Virus record (IMG/VR): IMGVR_UViG_3300025848_000181
Span: 1-24,190 of that record
DNA: 24,190 nucleotides
Strand: one strand, 5' to 3'
From: a virus
Taxonomy: Duplodnaviria; Caudoviricetes
Position 1 is the first letter of the stretch. Each line of letters starts with the position of its first letter. Positions 24,148-24,190 of the stretch are shown here, piece after piece. The translations under genes were made by a program, and so were the position numbers. The notes below the pieces were generated by a model that was not told where the DNA came from, did not search any database, and saw only the letters and a program-made list of their open reading frames with translations.

Positions 24148-24190
24148 AAGGCCGCCCCTTCGCTTTAGGCTTGATTTGAGCCCTAGGGCT

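Noticed and set aside
1-24190. Alternative genetic code, tRNAs, introns/inteins, reverse transcriptase or DGR
   Set aside because: TAA, TAG and TGA all end tiled genes; DnaB and ThyX are uninterrupted; no RT motif or cloverleaf noticed by eye.

Overview
A 24-kb segment of a tailed dsDNA bacteriophage with podovirus-like architecture and the standard genetic code. No tRNA, rRNA, CRISPR array or integrase was seen. (1) 1-11407, + strand, late module: end of a small gene, a holin-like membrane protein, several tiny basic proteins interrupted by an antisense HNH endonuclease, a Gly-rich virion protein, a tail nozzle (P22 gp10/T7 gp12-like), a tail/fibre protein, a small gp13-position gene and three Ala/Gln-rich DNA-ejection proteins. 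(2) 11382-21193, - strand, replication/recombination module: metallophosphoesterase, two HNH proteins, PD-(D/E)XK nucleases, SWIM finger, DUF736-like protein, ERF, DnaB, ThyX, a run of small coupled genes, an HTH initiator with an internal origin-like repeat and a lysozyme-like protein. (3) 21200-24190, control/early region: two small + strand genes, repeat-rich non-coding DNA, a compositionally odd 5-gene - strand operon with a promoter and terminator, and a G-tract/tandem-repeat end. The most notable observations are: a Cys-initiated CFI-box-like C-terminal domain on an ejection protein; a 17-bp motif present in 7 co-oriented copies across the control region; a recurrent gene-junction motif; a CAG/CTG-depleted early island; and a spaced AAATCG-N19-GCGTTT motif near both major convergent junctions. 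All product calls come from motif recognition only; no database searches were run.
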